Shown here: in pieces, positions 61,046 through 64,000 of the stretch
How the letters are laid out: the number at the start of each line of letters is the position of its first letter
Numbering within the stretch: position 1 is the stretch's first letter
Origin: Camelus ferus
Taxonomy: Eukaryota
Assembly: GCF_009834535.1 (NCBI RefSeq)
Contig: NC_045697.1
Coordinates: 28,894,001 to 28,958,000 of the forward strand
Reading direction: 5' to 3'
DNA: 64,000 bases
Notes under the pieces: model-generated
What the model was told of the DNA's origin: nothing
Seen by the model: only the letters and a program-made list of their open reading frames with translations
The model's database searches: none
Position numbers and translations under genes: made by a program

Positions 61046-64000
61046 GTTGATGGCAAAATGAAAAAAGACATTAGCTGATGTCTTGGGTTACTTTTATTTA
61101 GATTCATAGCATGCTGTTTGCTTCTATGTAGATAGTACAAAGACCAAAAGAGATTTTGCAAATAGCGATGTCATAATTGGTTGTTTATGAGATAATCAAT
61201 TATGGTAGTTCCATTGCTTTGTTTTTAACAGATGAAAAGGAAAATGGAGAAAGAGAGATTTTGTTTTGTTTTGTTTTTTGAGCCAATTGATTTTTGTGCA
61301 GAAGCTGCTTCACATGTAAAATGGGGATAATAATATAATAATTCTTATTTCCCATATTGTGAAGGTCGAATGAAAAGCTGTCCAAGAACGCTGTGCTTAG
61401 CTTGTAACAGTGTTTCTTCAATTTGACTGTGCTTATGAGTCATTCTGGTGCTTTAAAAATAATTTCTCTGGTTCTTCCCAGAACAACTGAATGAGAATGT
61501 CCCCATAAGGGACTGAGGAGAACATTTTAAACAACCTCCCAGGGTAATTTTGATGATGATCAAGTTTGGGGATCACTGACGTTACCCCCTGGACCTCCAT
61601 CAATTTCTCTGTAAATTGAGAATAATGATATTTTCTAGGACTAATGGTACATCACAGCACTGTGGGGTGAGTAGCAATCCAGTAGATAAACACCAAGTGC
61701 TTCCTTAATACCTTAGTCATGAGTGGTATTGTGAACCCAGGTGATCCTCATCCATATATTGGGCACTTGACTTTGAGATAGATTAGAATTCCTCAGCTTT
61801 ATATTCCCTGTGCAAAGTCTAGTATAGTGCCCAGCACATAGTCAGAGTGCAGTAATATTGGAAGAATGAGCACATTATTATTGAGAATTCAGATCAATGG
61901 AACTTCAGATGACTGATCCACAGACCATATAGGAGACTGGCCAAGACTGGCCACCAGTGCTATTCCAATTTAGGAGAGGCCCAGACTTAGATGGGAATGG
62001 CCCAGAGAATGGGATTAATCCCCAATAAAAGGTATCTTCCAATGTCTTACCCCTCTTTGTATATAGTTTTTGTTTTTTTGTGAAACTTTCTCCTCATTCA
62101 ATCACAACTGGCTTGGAGGAAAGAATGAGATTGGAAGCACATTCATATAAATGTGGAAATGGTAAAAAGGGCTTTACCTTCCAAGGATATTCAGGTTTCA
62201 GCGGAGCTCTGAGCCTCTAGAGAAAGGGCTATTCCAATGGGGGGGGGGATGCTCTGTAGGGAGGGGACTTCCCATCACCCTGATGTCCCCCGTGTGGGCG
62301 GGTACCTTCGTAGAGCTGCCCTTGAAGGGGGCCTGCTGTGCCTGCTGCACCAGCTGGTTGGAAAGCCTGTGTGTCAGACTTTGTTGCAGGGCATCCTGAG
62401 CAGGGATGGCAACTGCTGCTGAGAGATTGGGGCGCTACTTCCTCTGCCATCTCCCTGTGGGGAGGGTTCCCCTGAGCTTGGCCTCTTCATGATTCCAGAT
62501 CAAGAATTGTGCTGTAGGGGTCTTATCAGATACTTCGGAACTACTGTCTGTCTTCAAAATGAGGAACCCAGAAAACTCAGTTCTGTGCACAAGTAGCAGA
62601 GATGAGTCATAGTTGAGAAGATACTGGAATTCAGCCAGGAGAGTATCATTTAAAGGAGAAGACGTTGTAACAGACTTGGTATGTGATAGAGAAAGGAAGC
62701 CCTTTATCTCATTCTGTGCCCCACAATGCAAAAGGAGGGGGCATAGTTTACCTACTGATAGTTGACTCTATGATAGTAAAGTTTCCTGGGATCTTATTTT
62801 AGAAAAACAGTGCACACGCACTCCTTGGGCCAGTCTAGTAAAGCTTCCTGGGAGATGGAACACTGAAGAATTCACAGGGAAGTTTTCAAATTTAATCTTA
62901 CTAGGTAAGCACTTTGGGGTTAAAAAACCCAAAGGGAGCATTCTGACGGATGTCTACACAGGATATGTGAGTGCTGCAAGCTAGGGGTGTAATGGACAAG
63001 TGAAAATGTTGTTAGAGGAGGACAGAATGAGGTGAGAGGATTGTCTTCTGGCGCATTCCAGTTCACTTTGGGATTATGGACTTAAGAAGTTGGTTAATGC
63101 TGATGTCCTGGGTTTTTTTTTGGAGACTTACTACTGTTTCTTGAAAGTAATTTCAGGTGGGCTTGTACCGCTAAGCCAAGACTAGGAGAGGCTAGTACAT
63201 GAAGATGCCTAGAGAGTCATCTCCTGAGAAGACAGATTTATATGAAGAGGTACTGATCAGAAAAAAAGAGGGTTGGTGATGCTTGGAAACAGAAAACAAG
63301 CAAGTCTGAGAATGGTACCTTGGCAGTGCCCATCCATGCATTGTCAATGAACAGAGAATCTTGGCTAATAGACTTCCTGTATTTTGATCCCATTCACAGG
63401 ACCATATAGAGGAAGTGAGCCTTAGGCTAAAGCATATCCTTGACCTTTCTGTAGTCAATGACAAAAGGAAAGATGCTCCCATAAATCCTAATAGTGGCCC
63501 ACCACCTCTATTACACAAGAAACCTCTTTTTCTTGGATCTTAGTTCCCCCAGGAATTTTATAGCATACTGAGCAGGGTGGTCTGGGCACAATCTACATCA
63601 CTGAAATATTCCAAGGTTTTACTCCTTTGTTTGTTTTTTTAACTGGGGTGGTATCTGAAAGATCTGTGAGGAGTTCCAGACTAAGTAAGGAGGGACTTAA
63701 AGACCCAGTGAGACCTGCTCTTCCCACAGATGAGGTGACGGTGGTGGTGGTGGTGGGGTCCTGGACAGGTTCAGGGTCATTTCAGCAGTCAGGGGCCCAT
63801 CCTGACCCCAGCTAGGTCTCCCATGTCATACTTTCTTGAAAGTGACTACAGTATCTGGTGATACTAACAAATGCTGTTTCTTTCCAGGAGGAGACTACAG
63901 AATGTGTTTATATTTTCTTTTACAAAGAATCATGAAATACTTTTACAGCTCTTTTTTTGTTGTTGTTACAGAAGCAGTGTATGTTCATGAAGGAAATTTG

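Noticed and set aside
1..64000. CRISPR array, prokaryotic defence or operon system, intact retrovirus or active transposase
   Set aside because: No regularly spaced repeats, no long intact ORFs and no paired LTRs flanking gag/pol. The only RT sequence is a disabled L1 fragment.

Overview
This is mammalian genomic DNA, not prokaryotic. It is most likely a camelid (alpaca, vicuna or camel), judged from three tRNA-Ala-derived vic-1-type SINEs and an artiodactyl-type L1 3' end and MER41-like LTR. On the + strand the window holds the last five coding exons of N4BP2 (2536-11918). They splice with canonical GT-AG sites and consistent phases into the C-terminal DUF1771 and Smr endonuclease region, followed by a ~3.4 kb 3'UTR to ~15330. 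Next come ~27 kb of repeat-dense intergenic DNA (L1, L2, MIR, MaLR/ERV LTRs, hAT MERs). The 5' regulatory region of the haematopoietic GTPase gene RHOH follows: promoter region ~42-48 kb, main non-coding first exon ending at 48320, then its long first intron to the window end. The RHOH coding exon lies outside the window. I found no CRISPR array, no real tRNA or rRNA gene and no evidence of a new multi-gene system; nearly all ORF-track ORFs are repeat-derived or random. The observations most worth testing are RNA-processing and regulatory features: a possible recursive splice site in N4BP2, a poly(A) signal abutting the stop codon, a U1-mimic next to the RHOH donor, a MER41-like LTR, and lymphoid motif clusters. 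Gene identities and repeat family names are from recognition, not database searches, and repeat boundaries are approximate unless a target-site duplication (TSD) is given.
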